This document shows positions 38,357 through 48,037 of a stretch of DNA of 64,000 nt, piece after piece. How positions within the stretch are numbered: the stretch's first letter is position 1; the number at the start of each line of letters is the position of its first letter. The translations under genes were made by a program, and so were the position numbers. The DNA is from Thermoanaerobaculia bacterium (GTDB lineage: Bacteria > Acidobacteriota > Thermoanaerobaculia > Multivoradales > Multivoraceae), in assembly GCA_963664405.1 (NCBI GenBank), contig OY761158.1, forward strand, positions 5,792,001-5,856,000, read 5' to 3'. The notes beneath the pieces were generated by a model. That model did not search any database and was not told where the DNA came from. It saw only the letters and a list, made by a program, of their open reading frames with translations.

Positions 38357-39478
38357 TCAGCGCTCGGTCTCCTGGAACGACTCCTGCTCCAGCAAGCGCG
38401 CACCGCGCAGTACGTTCCCCATTGTGTAGTTGCCTGCGTGACAGGCGTACTCGTAGAGATGTTCGTCGATCCGCGGCCATGGGAACGAGCCGGTGTAGGG
38501 GGCCCTGCGATCGGGGTCCTCGACCGTGAACTCGTAGAACAGAGTGTCGGAGTCCAGCTGTCGGAAGCGCTCGACGAGGCGCAGTCCTTCGTGGGGCGCG
38601 CCAGGCTCTCGCTGGTAGTTGCCCGTGCTGCGGATGAAGCCTGTGGTCTCGATCACCAGGGTGTCGCCCTCCCACCAGCCGATCGAGTCGCCGGCGAAAG
38701 AGCGCACTTCGGCGGGCGGATGCTCGGGGGGGCGCCCCTCGGCGCCGAGTCGGACGATGCGAGCCCAGTGGAACCACTCGGTCAAGATCACGACGTGGGT
38801 CTCGGTTTGGGTGATGGTGTTCACGGAGTTGTATCCGCCGGGCATTACCGGCGCGATCCGTCCCGAGTTGTAGATGCAGCGGGTACCGAGAGACTGCAGC
38901 TCCGGATGGTCGAAGATCAGATGCTCCCCATCGGACTTGGCCAGTAGCTCTCCTTTGTTGCCGACCGGCTCCGCCTCGAGCCACCAGGCGCCCTCAGGAT
39001 CCCGTGGCCCCTGATAGTCGCTGAATTTGAAAGGCGCCTGATGCTTCTTACCCGCTTCGGTTAGCGGTGGCAAGCGGCCGTCAGGTGGGTCGGTGAGGAT
39101 CGAGGTCCGGTACTCTCCGTCGACGGCAAAGGGCATCGTGCCGCGGTCGAAAAACTGGCGGCCGTGTCCACCGACGTTACTCTGGTGGTCTGGAGTGCCT
39201 CCGGGAGGCGGTGCGGCACGATCCGGATCGAGGGGGCTGTTTTCCCTGGCCACAGTCGCCGCCGCTGCTTCCCCGACTTCTCCTGCCTCCTCGGCGCTCA
39301 TGAAGAGGCTGTTGCCGTACTTCGGGTCGCGCTGGTAAGGCGTCAGAGTCTTGACGTCGTAGGTACCGGAGAGGTCCGGTCTGCCACTTGGCATGCGCGG
39401 AGTGCCCTTCTCCGCAGCCAGGCTCGGTAGGCAGATGAGGCCGAGAGTGAGAGTGAGGCTGAAAATAGGGTTCTTCAT
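38357..39478 (-). CDS. Uncharacterised secreted protein, 'YEYACHEGNY' family (copy 2)
   Basis: GRPDLSGTY, RTSILTDPPDGRLP, GDSIGWWEGDTLV, YEYACHAGNY. Confidence 0.85.
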   Translation of the reverse strand: MKNPIFSLTLTLGLICLPSLAAEKGTPRMPSGRPDLSGTYDVKTLTPYQRDPKYGNSLFMSAEEAGEVGEAAAATVARENSPLDPDRAAPPPGGTPDHQSNVGGHGRQFFDRGTMPFAVDGEYRTSILTDPPDGRLPPLTEAGKKHQAPFKFSDYQGPRDPEGAWWLEAEPVGNKGELLAKSDGEHLIFDHPELQSLGTRCIYNSGRIAPVMPGGYNSVNTITQTETHVVILTEWFHWARIVRLGAEGRPPEHPPAEVRSFAGDSIGWWEGDTLVIETTGFIRSTGNYQREPGAPHEGLRLVERFRQLDSDTLFYEFTVEDPDRRAPYTGSFPWPRIDEHLYEYACHAGNYTMGNVLRGARLLEQESFQETER

Positions 39479-39496
39479 TCTGAGGCTCCTGATCGC

Positions 39497-41026
39497 TCAA
39501 CTATCGGGATACTGCCATCTCGGGGGCGGCTCGAAGCCCTCCTGGCCAACGCGGAACGGCGGCACGGGGTTCGGCGGCTGCAGGGAGCGAAAAGCGATGG
39601 CTTTCTCCAGCAGCCGGGCCACCTGCTCGGGATTTTCGGCGGCGAGGTCATGCTCTTCGTAGGGATCTTCGTCGATGCGAAAGAGCAGTTTCCGAGAGGT
39701 TTCTGCGGAGCCCGGACGGGTGAGCGGCTGGCCGATCGTGACCAGCTTCCATTCCGGCTCGATCACCGCCACTTGCTCACGCTCGGGGTCGAGTTGGGCG
39801 ATGAAGGAGTATAGATCCCGGTCCAGAGTGGGATTGCTGCCGTCGAGCACCTTCGAGACGTCCGTGCCGTCGAGAGCCTTGCCACCATGGTCGCTGATGC
39901 CGGCGATTGCCATCAAGGTGGGCAATACGTCGATGTAGGACATCGGTGTCGAGATCGTCCCGCCACCCGTGACCTTTCCCCCCGGCCAGCGGGCCGCGGC
40001 GGCGACCCGGATGCCGCCTTCGAATACACTGCCCTTGGCGCCTCGGAACGCGCCGTTGTCGCTGACTGCGACCGAGCCGCCATTGTCGCTGAAGAAGAGC
40101 ACCAGCGTGTTGTCGGCGATCCCGTTCTCTTCCAGAGCCTGGAGGATACGTCCGATGCCGACATCGAGGGCGTGCACCGCCGAGCCGATGACTCGGCGAG
40201 TGTCACGCCGGCTTTCGACCGGGGGGAGAGGCCTGCCGGCCGTCGACTCCTCCCAGCTCCGCGGCTCTTCGAGCGCAGGTAGGTCGGCATATAGGGGCAG
40301 GTCTTCCTCTTTTGCCTCGATCGGGCCGTGCGGAGCATTGAAGGGGACATAGCAGAGGAAGGGTGTCGCGTCGTCGGCGTGGGCGTTGATGAAGCGCACC
40401 GCATATTCGGCGGTCAGGTCGGTGGCGTAGCCTTCTTCCTCGACGGTCTCGTAGTCGTGCCTCCAGTCGAGCTCGCCGTTGCGCAGGTGGCTGAAGTACT
40501 CGATTCCGCCGTTGAGGTGGCCCACGAACTCGGTGAAGCCGCGGCGCATCGGGTGATAACGGATCGAGGTGTGGCCGAGGTGCCACTTGCCGAAGATGCC
40601 CCGGTGCTCATAACCGGCCTTGGCCAAGATTTCGGGCATCGTGACCTCGCTGAGATCCATCCCGTAGTCACGCCACGGTGGAATGACCGCCCGCATAAGC
40701 CCGAAGCGAATGGGGTAGCGGCCGGTCATCAGTCCTGCGCGGGTGGGGGAGCAGACCGGGGCGGAGTAGAAGCGATCGAGGGTCACCCCCTCCTCTGCGA
40801 TGCGGTCGATATTGGGGGTCGCGATGTCGCCGCTTTCGAAACCGACGTCGTCGTGGCCGAGGTCGTCGGGGAGGAGAATGACGATGTTGGGGAGCCGTTC
40901 CTCGTCTGCTGTCGAGCCCGTATCCGTCGCCGGCGCCGAGGTCGCGACTTCGACCGGCGCAGGCGTCTCGCTGCAGGCGACCGAGAACAGAAACGGGACG
41001 ATGAAAAAGAGGCGCTGGCTGCGCAT
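39497..41026 (-). CDS. Arylsulfatase (Cys-type) lipoprotein
   Basis: PNIVILLPDDLG, CSPTRAGLMTGRY, GKWHLG, FFSDNG. Confidence 0.93.
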   Translation of the reverse strand: MRSQRLFFIVPFLFSVACSETPAPVEVATSAPATDTGSTADEERLPNIVILLPDDLGHDDVGFESGDIATPNIDRIAEEGVTLDRFYSAPVCSPTRAGLMTGRYPIRFGLMRAVIPPWRDYGMDLSEVTMPEILAKAGYEHRGIFGKWHLGHTSIRYHPMRRGFTEFVGHLNGGIEYFSHLRNGELDWRHDYETVEEEGYATDLTAEYAVRFINAHADDATPFLCYVPFNAPHGPIEAKEEDLPLYADLPALEEPRSWEESTAGRPLPPVESRRDTRRVIGSAVHALDVGIGRILQALEENGIADNTLVLFFSDNGGSVAVSDNGAFRGAKGSVFEGGIRVAAAARWPGGKVTGGGTISTPMSYIDVLPTLMAIAGISDHGGKALDGTDVSKVLDGSNPTLDRDLYSFIAQLDPEREQVAVIEPEWKLVTIGQPLTRPGSAETSRKLLFRIDEDPYEEHDLAAENPEQVARLLEKAIAFRSLQPPNPVPPFRVGQEGFEPPPRWQYPDS

Positions 41027-41305
41027 AACCGACCCCCTCGAGGATTGGCGTCTAGTCTAGTCGAAGGACACCTGTAACAATCGGCTGATCTGAAGCAGGG
41101 TCGAGGGAGAATTCAGTGCACCACTTCCATCGCGCACCGAAGGCCCGATGTCGGCGCATCGCGGTAGCGGCAGTGGCCGCCGGTGCGTGGGCTGCCTGTG
41201 TCTTCGGCCAGCAAGGAGCTGTCGATGGCGAGTGGCGCCATCATGGCGGCGACCATGGCTTCACTCGCTACTCGCCGCTGAGCCAGATCGACGCCGGGAA
41301 CTTCG
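40945..41305. repeat. Duplicated cassette, copy 2
   Basis: Matches 32298-32660. Confidence 0.88.
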
Positions 41306-43176
41306 CACGGCTCGAGGTTGCGTGGCGTTGGGAGTCGGCCGATAGTCGAATCGAGAAGGAGCTCAGCTCCGTCGCCCCCGGACAGCAAGGCTCAAGCGGC
41401 GCCGGGTACGAGGACCGTCCTGCAGCCCTCGCCAGAGCTCCGATCCGTCGGCTGGTTTGGCGGGGGGCTGGAGCGCTGATGATCGGCGGTAGGGTGTACG
41501 TACCGACCGAGCTGAGCCAGGTCGCGGCGCTCGCGGCCGGTAGCGGTGAGGAGATCTGGGTCTACGATCCGAAGATCTACGAGCACCCGAGGGCGGTGTT
41601 CCCCAACAACTTCACTCGTGGCCTCGAGTATTGGACCGATGGGGTGGAAGAGCGCATCCTCATCGCCACTCCGGCCAAGCAGCTGGTGTCGATCGATGTC
41701 GCGACCGGCCGACCGGACCCCGCATTCGGCGAGGATGGCATTGTCGATCTGTCCCGAGATCTGGGGCGCGAGGACATTGTTCTCCGTAATATCAACCATG
41801 CTGCCCCTGGAATCGTGGTCGGAGACGTCTTCATCCTAGGCTCGCGGATCTTCGATTTTCCGTTACGGAACAAGAACCCGCCCGGCCACGTGCGAGCTTA
41901 CGACGTGCGCACAGGCGAGCTGCGCTGGCGCTTCCACACCGTCCCGCAGGAGGGCGAGGAGTTCACCGAGACCTGGGAGAACGATTCCTGGAAGACGATG
42001 GGCAATGCCAACGTCTGGGCGTCGCTCACCGCCGATGACGAGCTCGGCTACGTCTATCTCGCCACCAGTACCCCGACCAGCGATTACTACGGGGGAGACC
42101 GGCACGGCGACAACGTTTTCGCGGAGAGTCTGGTCTGCGTCGACGTCGCCACCGGCAAGCGCGTCTGGCACTTTCAGACCGTGCATCACGGCATCTGGGA
42201 CTACGACCTCGCCTCGGCGCCCAATCTGGTCGACGTGGTCGTTGGGGGCCGAGTGAGGAAGGCGGTCGCGCAGGTGTCGAAAACGGCCTTCGCCTATGTC
42301 TTCGATCGGGTGACCGGCGAGCCGTTGTGGCCGATCGAAGAGCGCCCGGTCCCGCTGAGTACGGCGCCGGGTGAGAAGCTTTCCGCAACCCAGCCTTTTC
42401 CGACCAAGCCACCACCTTTCGATCGCCAGGGCACCCGGGTCGAGGATCTCATCGACTTCACCCCGGAGCTGCGCCGCGAGGCTCTCGAGATCGCCGAGCG
42501 GTTCCGTCTCGGGCCGATTTTTACGCCCTTGATCGTCGAAGGTGAGGGAGGCAAACAGGCGACACTGGCGCTACCCGGCGCCGGTGGTGGAGCGAACCAT
42601 CCGGGCGCCTCGGTCGATCCTGTCGCCGGCATCCTCTACGTGCAGTCGAAGACGGCGCCGAGTGGAATGGTTCTGCAGCAACCGGATCCGGCACGCACCG
42701 ACTGGAGATACATCAACGGCAGAGCCTCGACCGCAGGACCACAGGGGCTGCCGCTGTTGAAACCGCCCTATCGACGGATCACGGCGATCGATCTCAAAAC
42801 GGGAGAGCTGGCCTGGCAGGTTCCCCTGGGCGAGGGCCCGACCGATCACCCTGCCATTCGGCATCTCGATCTCGGGCCTCTGGGCAGTCGTGGCTCCAGT
42901 GGCGTCGACGAGGGCGGGCTTCTGATAACGAGAACCCTGCTCATCACCTATGTGCCGAATTGGGAGCACTGGGACGACCGCCTGCCGAAGGGCAGCATCT
43001 TGCAGGCGTACGACAAGGCCACCGGAGCGCTCTTGGCGGAGGTGGAGACCGACCGTACCCTGCACGGGGTGCCGATCACCTATCTCCACCGAGGCCGCCA
43101 GTACATCGCCGTACCGGGCGGCGGCGTCACCGAGAAGGCGGAGCTGATGTCGTTCGCACTGCCCGACGCTCGCTGA
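41116..43176 (+). CDS. PQQ-dependent dehydrogenase, glucose/quinate DH-like (paralog 2)
   Basis: Colinear and highly similar to 32470-34539. Confidence 0.9.
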   Translation: MHHFHRAPKARCRRIAVAAVAAGAWAACVFGQQGAVDGEWRHHGGDHGFTRYSPLSQIDAGNFARLEVAWRWESADSRIEKELSSVAPGQQGSSGAGYEDRPAALARAPIRRLVWRGAGALMIGGRVYVPTELSQVAALAAGSGEEIWVYDPKIYEHPRAVFPNNFTRGLEYWTDGVEERILIATPAKQLVSIDVATGRPDPAFGEDGIVDLSRDLGREDIVLRNINHAAPGIVVGDVFILGSRIFDFPLRNKNPPGHVRAYDVRTGELRWRFHTVPQEGEEFTETWENDSWKTMGNANVWASLTADDELGYVYLATSTPTSDYYGGDRHGDNVFAESLVCVDVATGKRVWHFQTVHHGIWDYDLASAPNLVDVVVGGRVRKAVAQVSKTAFAYVFDRVTGEPLWPIEERPVPLSTAPGEKLSATQPFPTKPPPFDRQGTRVEDLIDFTPELRREALEIAERFRLGPIFTPLIVEGEGGKQATLALPGAGGGANHPGASVDPVAGILYVQSKTAPSGMVLQQPDPARTDWRYINGRASTAGPQGLPLLKPPYRRITAIDLKTGELAWQVPLGEGPTDHPAIRHLDLGPLGSRGSSGVDEGGLLITRTLLITYVPNWEHWDDRLPKGSILQAYDKATGALLAEVETDRTLHGVPITYLHRGRQYIAVPGGGVTEKAELMSFALPDAR

Positions 43177-43213
43177 GGGTTTCGCTCCAGCTCACCCCGA
43201 CTAACCGCCGCCG

Positions 43214-44992
43214 CTACTTTGGCCGCGCCGAGACGTCGATCCAGAACCCCTTGTGCGGTGAGCCCGGCTCTCTCGCTTTCAGCTCGCTGATGGGGTAGGG
43301 AGTACAGGGGAGGGGTGCATCTCCGCACTGCTCTCCCTCGCTCGGCACGTGCACTTCGAGTGGCGGCTTCTGCCCGTTCTCGATCCTGACGACTCTGGTG
43401 GGCCGCGAGACCATCTTGCCCAGAGGCCAGGAGGCCGGCAGCCGGCCCGGCACCAGATCGAAGCGAAACGAAGTGAAGAACTGGGCTACGAAGAGAATAC
43501 CGAGCAGCTTCGCGGTATTGGGCCGGACGATGCCTGAGGTGAACAGCATCGAAGCGCCTAGACCCATCCAGGCCCAAAAAAATCCGTCGCCGAAACGTAA
43601 GTCGGGGGCGGTGCTAAACCAGAACAGGAGGTTCAGCGCCGCCAATGCGGTGAGAAAGAGATCCATTCTCACACCCTCTTTACCTTGACGACCCCGACTG
43701 CGGATGTAGAAGTATGCGAAGAAGAATAGAGTCCCTGAGAAGAGGAGCCTGGGCTCCAGCGACTGCCTGAATCTCTGATACCACTGCGGGTACCAAAACG
43801 CGGCCCCCTCGCTGTCCGCCCTCATCGACTCCGCTCCGGGTGCTCGCGCAAAGGCCTTGATCGCTCGGTAGAGCCCGTCGGTGGATTGCAGCTGATGGCC
43901 GTTGTCCTCCGCCAGCGGCTGTGCCGGCACCGCCCAATCCACCGCCAGTCCGCCCACCGGTGCCGGGTATAGGAGCCATCCGGAGAGTACGACGTTGCGG
44001 GCGAAGTAGCCCGTGAGCAAGAGCGCCGGGAGGACGACCCCTGGGACGAGGCGCCGAACTGGGGCGGAAGCAACCACGAACGCCACCGTCAGCCCAAGGG
44101 ACACTGCACCCATGGGCTTGAACAGAAACCCGAGGGTGGCGATCGTGACCAGATAGGAGAGAGCGATCTCACGATTGCGCGGGAGCTCCGCGGAGTTGCC
44201 CGGCGGTGCCGAGAAACTCGACTGATAGCGCAGGAGCTCGAGGACCAGAACCAGGAGCAGGATGTGGGTGGGCGTGTCGTCGTTGAGACCGGGGCCCAGG
44301 TAGGCGAGCTTGAGGAGGAGATAGGGCATTGTGAACAGTGCGAACAGTCGCACCCGAAGGGCTTGTGTGCCTCCCACCGATAGGAGGATCGAGAGCCAGT
44401 GCATACAGGCGAGGACGACGAAGAAGCCCTGGGCGAACCAGGCCGACCGGAGATCCCACCACAGGTTGTCGACAACTGGCGAAAAGAGCAGGAAGCCGGC
44501 ATTGAAGCCCAGCCGGGAGTGGAGGTTGGCGAGACCGGGGACGGCGGGATGCTGGTTCGCCCAGCGCACCCAGCTGGCGTGGTAGAGATCGGTGTCGTAG
44601 GCCACCGTCGAGGCGCTGGTGGCGAGGTTCGCCGCTCCGACCAGAATCACGACGAGAAGCGCGGCAAGAAACAGGAGCAGGGGTCCCCGGCCGAGGGTCT
44701 CTGGTTCAGCCGGGGGCACTGATCGAGCGCGAGCGATTGCCCTGGCCGTAGGCAATCCCAGGAGGCCCAGAACGATCATCGCGATCAATACGCTGCCGTT
44801 GATGGGGGTGAGGAGACTGAGGATCTGCACGATGGCGAGCATTGCTGCCAGGCCGAGCCAAGGCAGACGAAAGAGACCCAGCTGACGCCCGACCTCACAA
44901 CGGGTGATGCGCCCCCAGACAACGCTCAGCAGAGATCCAAGCCCCAGCAGGATCGTGAACAGACACAGCCAGGAAAGAACAATGAAGATCAA
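43214..44992 (-). CDS. Polytopic membrane protein, LIC_10190-like (possible GT-C fold)
   Basis: YDTDLYH..V.W....P..PGLANLH.RLGFN, SGWLLYP, APDLRFG, C.DAPLPC; start uncertain (44992 TTG or 45055). Confidence 0.7.
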   Translation of the reverse strand: MIFIVLSWLCLFTILLGLGSLLSVVWGRITRCEVGRQLGLFRLPWLGLAAMLAIVQILSLLTPINGSVLIAMIVLGLLGLPTARAIARARSVPPAEPETLGRGPLLLFLAALLVVILVGAANLATSASTVAYDTDLYHASWVRWANQHPAVPGLANLHSRLGFNAGFLLFSPVVDNLWWDLRSAWFAQGFFVVLACMHWLSILLSVGGTQALRVRLFALFTMPYLLLKLAYLGPGLNDDTPTHILLLVLVLELLRYQSSFSAPPGNSAELPRNREIALSYLVTIATLGFLFKPMGAVSLGLTVAFVVASAPVRRLVPGVVLPALLLTGYFARNVVLSGWLLYPAPVGGLAVDWAVPAQPLAEDNGHQLQSTDGLYRAIKAFARAPGAESMRADSEGAAFWYPQWYQRFRQSLEPRLLFSGTLFFFAYFYIRSRGRQGKEGVRMDLFLTALAALNLLFWFSTAPDLRFGDGFFWAWMGLGASMLFTSGIVRPNTAKLLGILFVAQFFTSFRFDLVPGRLPASWPLGKMVSRPTRVVRIENGQKPPLEVHVPSEGEQCGDAPLPCTPYPISELKAREPGSPHKGFWIDVSARPK

Positions 44993-45131
44993 GCGGCGCC
45001 TCAGCGATGGTGTCGCGGTGTCATGGAGTCTGGTGCCCGAGAGGCAGGATAGCAAGAAGGCGTTGCGGCGCCGGTGGCCGGAGTGAGGGCGAAGGGGTCT
45101 CTAGTGGTCTCTGATTCGGAGAAAGCGAGGG

Positions 45132-45222
45132 CTAGGAGCGTGTCCGAGAATTCGGACAGGCGAGTAGTTCTCAGGCGGGGATGGGCCGGAAAACGGGCCG
45201 AAGGCGCGTTTTCTGGGGCTAG
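45132..45222. repeat. 91-bp CTAG-bounded palindromic element, copy 2
   Basis: Same length and near-identical sequence to 13325-13415. Confidence 0.8.
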
Positions 45223-46307
45223 CGCGCCGTGAGGCGGGCAACAGCGGTCTCATTCAGCTCGATTCCGAGCCCCGGACGATCGGACAGCTCCATGACGCCG
45301 TCCTGTGGGAGCACGTGCTCACCGTAGAGGTCGGCGACGTCATCGAGCGCTCCCGAGAACTCGGTCGAGAACTCGTGCGGCCGGGTCGCGTTTTGCACCG
45401 TGGCGTAGGCGTGTAGCGATGCCATCGAGTTGATGCCTGCCTGCGGGCTGTGCGGCATCACCGGCTTGTCGAGCGTCGTGGCGTAGTCGTAGATCCGCTT
45501 CACTTCGGACGGCCCGCCCGCGTTGAGAATGTCCGGCTGCAGGATGTCGGGATTGCCGAGCAGCACGAGCTGGTGGAACCACCAGCGGAAAGCATCCTGC
45601 TCGCCCGCGGAGACGGCGACGTCGAGAGCCTCGGAGACCTGCTTGAGCCCCGGTAGATCCCAGTTCGGGATCGGCTCCTCGAAATGATCGATGCCGAGCG
45701 CCTCGAAGCGCCGCCCCTGCTGAATCGCGGTCGACACCGAGTAACCGTTATTGGCGTCGAATCCCAGGTAGATCTCGGGTGGAAGAAACTCACGCACCCG
45801 CTCGAAGATGCGGAAGTCCTTGTCGGGGTCGGCGTCCTGGCGCCAGCCTTTCCAGTCCATGCGGATCTTGAAGGCGCGGAAGCCCATCTCCCAGCCCTGC
45901 TCGACCAGGGTGAGCATCTCCGGCGGTTGCATCCGCCATCCCGAGCCGGTGCTCCAGTACAGGGGAATCGTCGTCCGCGCGGCGCCGCCCATCAGCGTGT
46001 AGACCGGCAGGCCCGTTTCCTTGCCGAGGAGATCCCAGAGTGCAACGTCGATGGTGCCGACGACCCATCCCGGAAGCTTGTTCATCCTCTCCCCGCGGCC
46101 GAGCGCCAGGGTCTCCCAGTGACGATCGATCGTGCGAGGGTCTTCGCCGACCAACGCAGGCTCGATCACGCTGTCGAGATAGGCGTTGAAGACCTTGCCG
46201 CTTCGACCCGGGGCCTCGGCCCAGCCTTCGACGCCGGCGTCGGTCTGAATCCTCAGCAGACCCTTGCCGGTGGTGAGCGGGGTGTTCGTGATGTCGGTGA
46301 TCTTCAA
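45219..46307 (-). CDS. Mandelate racemase/muconate lactonizing enzyme family protein
   Basis: IDVALWDLLGK, K.R, DAN, FEEP, GEQ, QPD, PGLG; RBS GGAGGT. Confidence 0.9.
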   Translation of the reverse strand: MKITDITNTPLTTGKGLLRIQTDAGVEGWAEAPGRSGKVFNAYLDSVIEPALVGEDPRTIDRHWETLALGRGERMNKLPGWVVGTIDVALWDLLGKETGLPVYTLMGGAARTTIPLYWSTGSGWRMQPPEMLTLVEQGWEMGFRAFKIRMDWKGWRQDADPDKDFRIFERVREFLPPEIYLGFDANNGYSVSTAIQQGRRFEALGIDHFEEPIPNWDLPGLKQVSEALDVAVSAGEQDAFRWWFHQLVLLGNPDILQPDILNAGGPSEVKRIYDYATTLDKPVMPHSPQAGINSMASLHAYATVQNATRPHEFSTEFSGALDDVADLYGEHVLPQDGVMELSDRPGLGIELNETAVARLTAR

Positions 46308-46497
46308 GCTGACACCTCCCTGGATCTTCGGCTAGGTATCTCCAATGGCTCACATCGTGACGTATGAATCAAGTTTTTCTCGAAGCGAACTCGTGCCGGC
46401 CGTTCAGGGTGCCCCAGATCGCCGCAGCACAGGAGCGAGGCGACGTAGGCGTACTGAGGAGTACGTTGGCGGCGAGTGGGGTGCCCTGGACGGCCGG

Positions 46498-48012
46498 CTA
46501 AGGGCCCGGTCGGCGGACGACGGTGCGGTCGAGATAGCGGTGGGTGCCGACGACGGAGAAGTGGGCGGTGAGCTCGTAGCCCGGCGTCCTGGCGGTGTGC
46601 TGCACCGACTCGACCGCGACTGTGGACGGGTCGGGTCCGCCACTGAGCACCTCCGCCAGCACCCTCCCCGTCATCGTGGCGGGTCGGGTGAGGCCAAGCA
46701 AGTGGCAGAGGGTTGGGGCCAGGTCGACATTGGAGGAGGGGACCGCGGTGCGTAGGGATTTCTTCAGATCGGGACCCGCCGCGACCAGAGTGTTGTGGAT
46801 GTCCCAGGGGCTGGTGGTGCCGTGCCCGGCGACGCCGGGTTGCGTGGTGGAGCCTTTGTAACCGAAACGGTTGGCTTCGTCCGACCAGTCGGCGGACACC
46901 AGGAGATCGCCGGCGCGTTCATGGCTCCAGCCGATGAGATCGAAGGAGAGGGTACCGGCCACGGCGCCAAGCGCGTCACCCGGTCGCACGGCACGGGTGA
47001 AGATGGCGCCTGCCCACTTGGCCTCCTGCAGGGCGCGCACGACTTCGGCGAGTCTCGCCGGCCCTTGTCGCAGATACACGGCTCCGTCAGCGACGACAGC
47101 GCCATCCGGACCCAGCGTCCGCTCGACGATACCCGCTGGGTCTGCACCGCCGCGATGAGTGGAGAAACCGTGATCGGAGGTGACGAAGATGTTCACGCTT
47201 CCGCCGAGGTCGCGCTCTTCTAGGCCGGCGACGAGACGGCCTACTTCGCCATCGACGGCGGCCAGTGCCTGGAGTGTCTCCGGAGCGCCGATGCCGTGAG
47301 CGTGAGCGGTGGAATCGGGATCCGAGAGCCAGAGGATCGCGGCCTCCGCGTCGAGCTGGTCGAGCCCGACTTCGAGATAGGCGTTCACGATCCAGCGGTG
47401 ACGGGAAAAGGCGGGGCTGCTCTCGGCGGGCGGCGGCCCGATCGTCTCCTGCACCTTCGCTCGCAGCTCTTCCGGCAGCACGTAGTCGTAGTGGACGATT
47501 GCCCCGCCCGCAACAGTGTGGTTGAGCAGGTAGGAAGACCCGGTAGAGCCTGAGCTTCCCACCATGAGCTTGCCGCCACTATCCGCAAGCACTTCGCCCA
47601 GAGTGACCGCTTCGAGCAACCGGCCGCCGGTCGCCTTCTCGATCCGTAGCAGGTTGTCGCGCTCGGAGGTCGTGAGGCTGTCCTCGGCGTCGACCTGGGG
47701 GAAGTAGACCGAGTTCCCCATCAGTCCGTGCCGCGCGGGGTAGGTGCCGGTGGAGATGGAGGGGGAGTTGACGCGGGTGACGGTGGGGTAGACGGAGTGG
47801 TGGTTTTCGAAGAAGACGCCGCGCTCGGCGAGACCATGGAGATTGGGCATGAGCTCGGGAGTCACGTAGTCGGGGCGGAGGCCATCGAGAACGACCAAGA
47901 GCTGCTTCGTCTCGGCGGCGGGGGAGAAAGAGGGTGCCAGGAGACATAGGGCGACGGCCCAAGAGAGTGGCCGTTGGGCTGCGACGACTAACCTCGGAGC
48001 GCGGTTGCGCAT
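46498..48012 (-). CDS. Alkaline phosphatase superfamily / nucleotide pyrophosphatase-phosphodiesterase
   Basis: LDGLRPD, YPTVTRVN (Thr nucleophile), DPDSTAH, TSDHG, GHG. Confidence 0.88.
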   Translation of the reverse strand: MRNRAPRLVVAAQRPLSWAVALCLLAPSFSPAAETKQLLVVLDGLRPDYVTPELMPNLHGLAERGVFFENHHSVYPTVTRVNSPSISTGTYPARHGLMGNSVYFPQVDAEDSLTTSERDNLLRIEKATGGRLLEAVTLGEVLADSGGKLMVGSSGSTGSSYLLNHTVAGGAIVHYDYVLPEELRAKVQETIGPPPAESSPAFSRHRWIVNAYLEVGLDQLDAEAAILWLSDPDSTAHAHGIGAPETLQALAAVDGEVGRLVAGLEERDLGGSVNIFVTSDHGFSTHRGGADPAGIVERTLGPDGAVVADGAVYLRQGPARLAEVVRALQEAKWAGAIFTRAVRPGDALGAVAGTLSFDLIGWSHERAGDLLVSADWSDEANRFGYKGSTTQPGVAGHGTTSPWDIHNTLVAAGPDLKKSLRTAVPSSNVDLAPTLCHLLGLTRPATMTGRVLAEVLSGGPDPSTVAVESVQHTARTPGYELTAHFSVVGTHRYLDRTVVRRPGP

Positions 48013-48037
48013 TCTGGCCGCCCTTTCTCAGGAGAGA

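Noticed and set aside
32470-43176. Lanthanide dependence inferred from the WDYD motif
   Set aside because: WDYD is ordinary in glucose/quinate-DH-type quinoproteins, and these lack the vicinal CC of XoxF/ExaF
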